From: Antedon mediterranea
Lineage: Eukaryota; Animalia; Echinodermata
Direction of reading: 5' to 3'
DNA length: 64,000 nt
Assembly (NCBI RefSeq): GCF_964355755.1
Contig: NC_092674.1
Coordinates: forward strand, 17,546,001-17,610,000
How positions within the stretch are numbered: the first letter of the stretch is position 1; every line of letters begins with the position of its first letter. Positions 61,519-64,000 of this stretch are shown one piece after another. The translations under genes and the position numbers were made by a program. The notes beneath the pieces were generated by a model that had not been told where the DNA came from, did not search any database, and saw only the letters and a list, made by a program, of their open reading frames with translations.

Positions 61519-64000
61519 CTAAACTGTTACTGACTACATTTTGACTATACAGTCCATTGATTATTCTACTATGTATTTGCAGTTTAAATTCTCTAAACTG
61601 TTACTGAATAATCAACTGTCTTTTGACTAGACAATTCACTTATTATTCTACTATGTATTTGCAGTTTAAATTCTCTAAACTGTTACTGACTAATCAACTG
61701 TCTTTTGACTAGACAATTCACTTATTATTCTACTATGTATTTGCAGTTTAAATTCTCTAAACTGTTACTGACTAATCAACTACTTTTGACTAGACAATTC
61801 ACTGATTATTCTACTATGTATTTGCAGTTTAAATTATCTAAACTGTTACTGAATAATCAACTGTCTTTTGACTAAACAATTCACTGATTATTCTACTATG
61901 TATTTACAGTTTAAATTCTCTAAACTGTTACTGAATAATCAACTGTCTTTTGACTAAACAATTCACTGATTATTCTACTATGTATTTACAGTTTAAATTC
62001 TCTAAACTGTTACTGAATAATAAACGGTCTTTTGACTAAACAATTCACTGATTATTCTACTATGTATTTACAGTTTAAATTCTCTAAACTGTTACTGATT
62101 AATCAACTACATTTTGACTAGACAATTCACTGATTATTCTACTATGTATTTGGATTTTAAATTCTCTAAACTGTTACTGACTAATCAACTGTCTTTTGAC
62201 TAAACAATTCACTGATTATTCTACTATGTATTTGCAGTTTAAATTCTCTAAACTGTTACTGAATAATCAACTGTCTTTTGACTAAACAATTCACTGATTA
62301 TTCTACTATGTATTTGCAGTTTAAATTCTCTAAACTGTTACTGAATAATCAACTGTCTTTTGACTAAACAATTCACTGATTATTCTACTATGTATTTGCA
62401 GTTTAAATTATCTAAACTGTTACTGACTAATCAACTACTTTTGACTAGACAATTCACTGATTATTCTACTATGTATTTGCAGTTTAAATTCTCTAAACTG
62501 TTACTGACTAATCAACTACATTTCGACTAGACAATTCACTGATTATTCTACTATGTATTTGCAGTTTAAATTCTCTAAACTGTTACTGAATAATAAACGG
62601 TCTTTTGACTAAACAATTCACTGATTATTCTACTATGTATTTACAGTTTAAATTATCTAAACTGTTACTGAATAATCAACTACATTTTGACTAGACAATT
62701 CACTGATTATTCTACTATGTATTTGCAGTTTAAATTCTCTAAACTGTTATTGAATAATCAACTGTATTTTGACTAGACAATTCATTGATTATTCTACTAT
62801 TTACACATAGTTTATATTCTCTAAACTGTTACTGAATAATCAACTGTATTTTGACTAAACAATTCATTGATTATTCTACTATTTGCACACAGTTTAAATT
62901 CTCTAAACTGTTACTGACTAATCAACTGTCTTTTGACTAAACAATTCACTGATTATTCTACTATGTATTTGCAGTTTAAATTATCTAAACTGTTACTGAA
63001 TAATAAACGGTCTTTTGACTAGACAATTCACTGATTATTCTACTATTTACACACAGTTTAAATTCCCTAAACTGTTACTGACTAATCAACTGTCTTTTGA
63101 CTAAACAATTCACTGATTATTCTACTATGTATTTGCAGTTTAAATTATCTAAACTGTTACTGAATAATAAACGGTCTTTTGACTAGACAATTCACTGATT
63201 ATTCTACTATTTACACACAGTTTAAATTCCCTAAACTGTTACTGACTAATCAACTGTCTTTTGACTAAACAATTCACTGATTATTCTACTATGTATTTGC
63301 AGTTTAAATTATCTAAACTGTTACTGAATAATAAACGGTCTTTTGACTAGACAATTCACTGATTATTCTACTATTTACACACAGTTTAAATTCCCTAAAC
63401 TGTTACTGACTAATCAACTGTCTTTTGACTAAACAATTCACTGATTATTCTACTATGTATTTGCAGTTTAAATTATCTAAACTGTTACTGAATAATCAAC
63501 TGTATTTTGACTAAACAATTCACTGATTATTCTACTATGTATTTGCAGTTTAAATTCTATAAACTGTTACTGAATAATAAACGGTCTTTTGACTAAACAA
63601 TTCACTGATTATTCTACTATGTATTTACAGTTTAAATTCTCTAAACTGTTACTGAATAATCAACTGTCTTTTGACTAGACAATTCACTGATTATTCTACT
63701 ATGTATTTGCAGTTTAAATTATCTAAACTGTTACTGACTAATCAACTACATTTTGACTAGACAATTCACTGATTATTCTACTATGTATTTGCAGTTTAAA
63801 TTATCTAAACTGTTACTGAATAATCAACTGTCTTTTGACTAGACAATTCACTGATTATTCTATGTGTTTGCAGTTTAAATTCTCTAAACTGTTACTGAAT
63901 AATCAACTGTCTTTTGACTAAAAAATTCACTGATTATTCTACTATGTATTTGCAGTTTAAATTCTCTAAACTGTTACTGAATAATCAACTGTCTTTTGAC
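61513..64000. repeat. Satellite 3, 82-bp monomer (runs off window)
   Basis: About 30 homogeneous copies of CTAAACTGTTACTGAATAATCAACTGTCTTTTGACTAAACAATTCACTGATTATTCTACTATGTATTTGCAGTTTAAATTCT. Confidence 0.97.

Overview
AT-rich, repeat-saturated animal (probably marine invertebrate) heterochromatin-like DNA with no recognisable host gene. It holds three satellite arrays (78-88 bp, ~180-185 bp with an internal hairpin, 82 bp) and a 47-bp minisatellite. The ~183-bp array is interrupted by a series of transposons with readable junctions. These are two head-to-tail 5,200-bp Dada-like elements whose left junction reads CCTGCGCAA as in U6 snRNA, AcademH-like elements (9-bp TSD), a Sola-like element (4-bp TSD) carrying Helentron-type HINEs and tRNA-Val-like copies, and a Helitron containing a Harbinger with a nested MITE. 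The first Dada-like copy carries a very young Gypsy element with an intact 1655-aa gag-pol. Its internal 5.3 kb is inverted relative to its own LTRs and primer-binding site. Family names rest on motif and terminus recognition, not on database searches.
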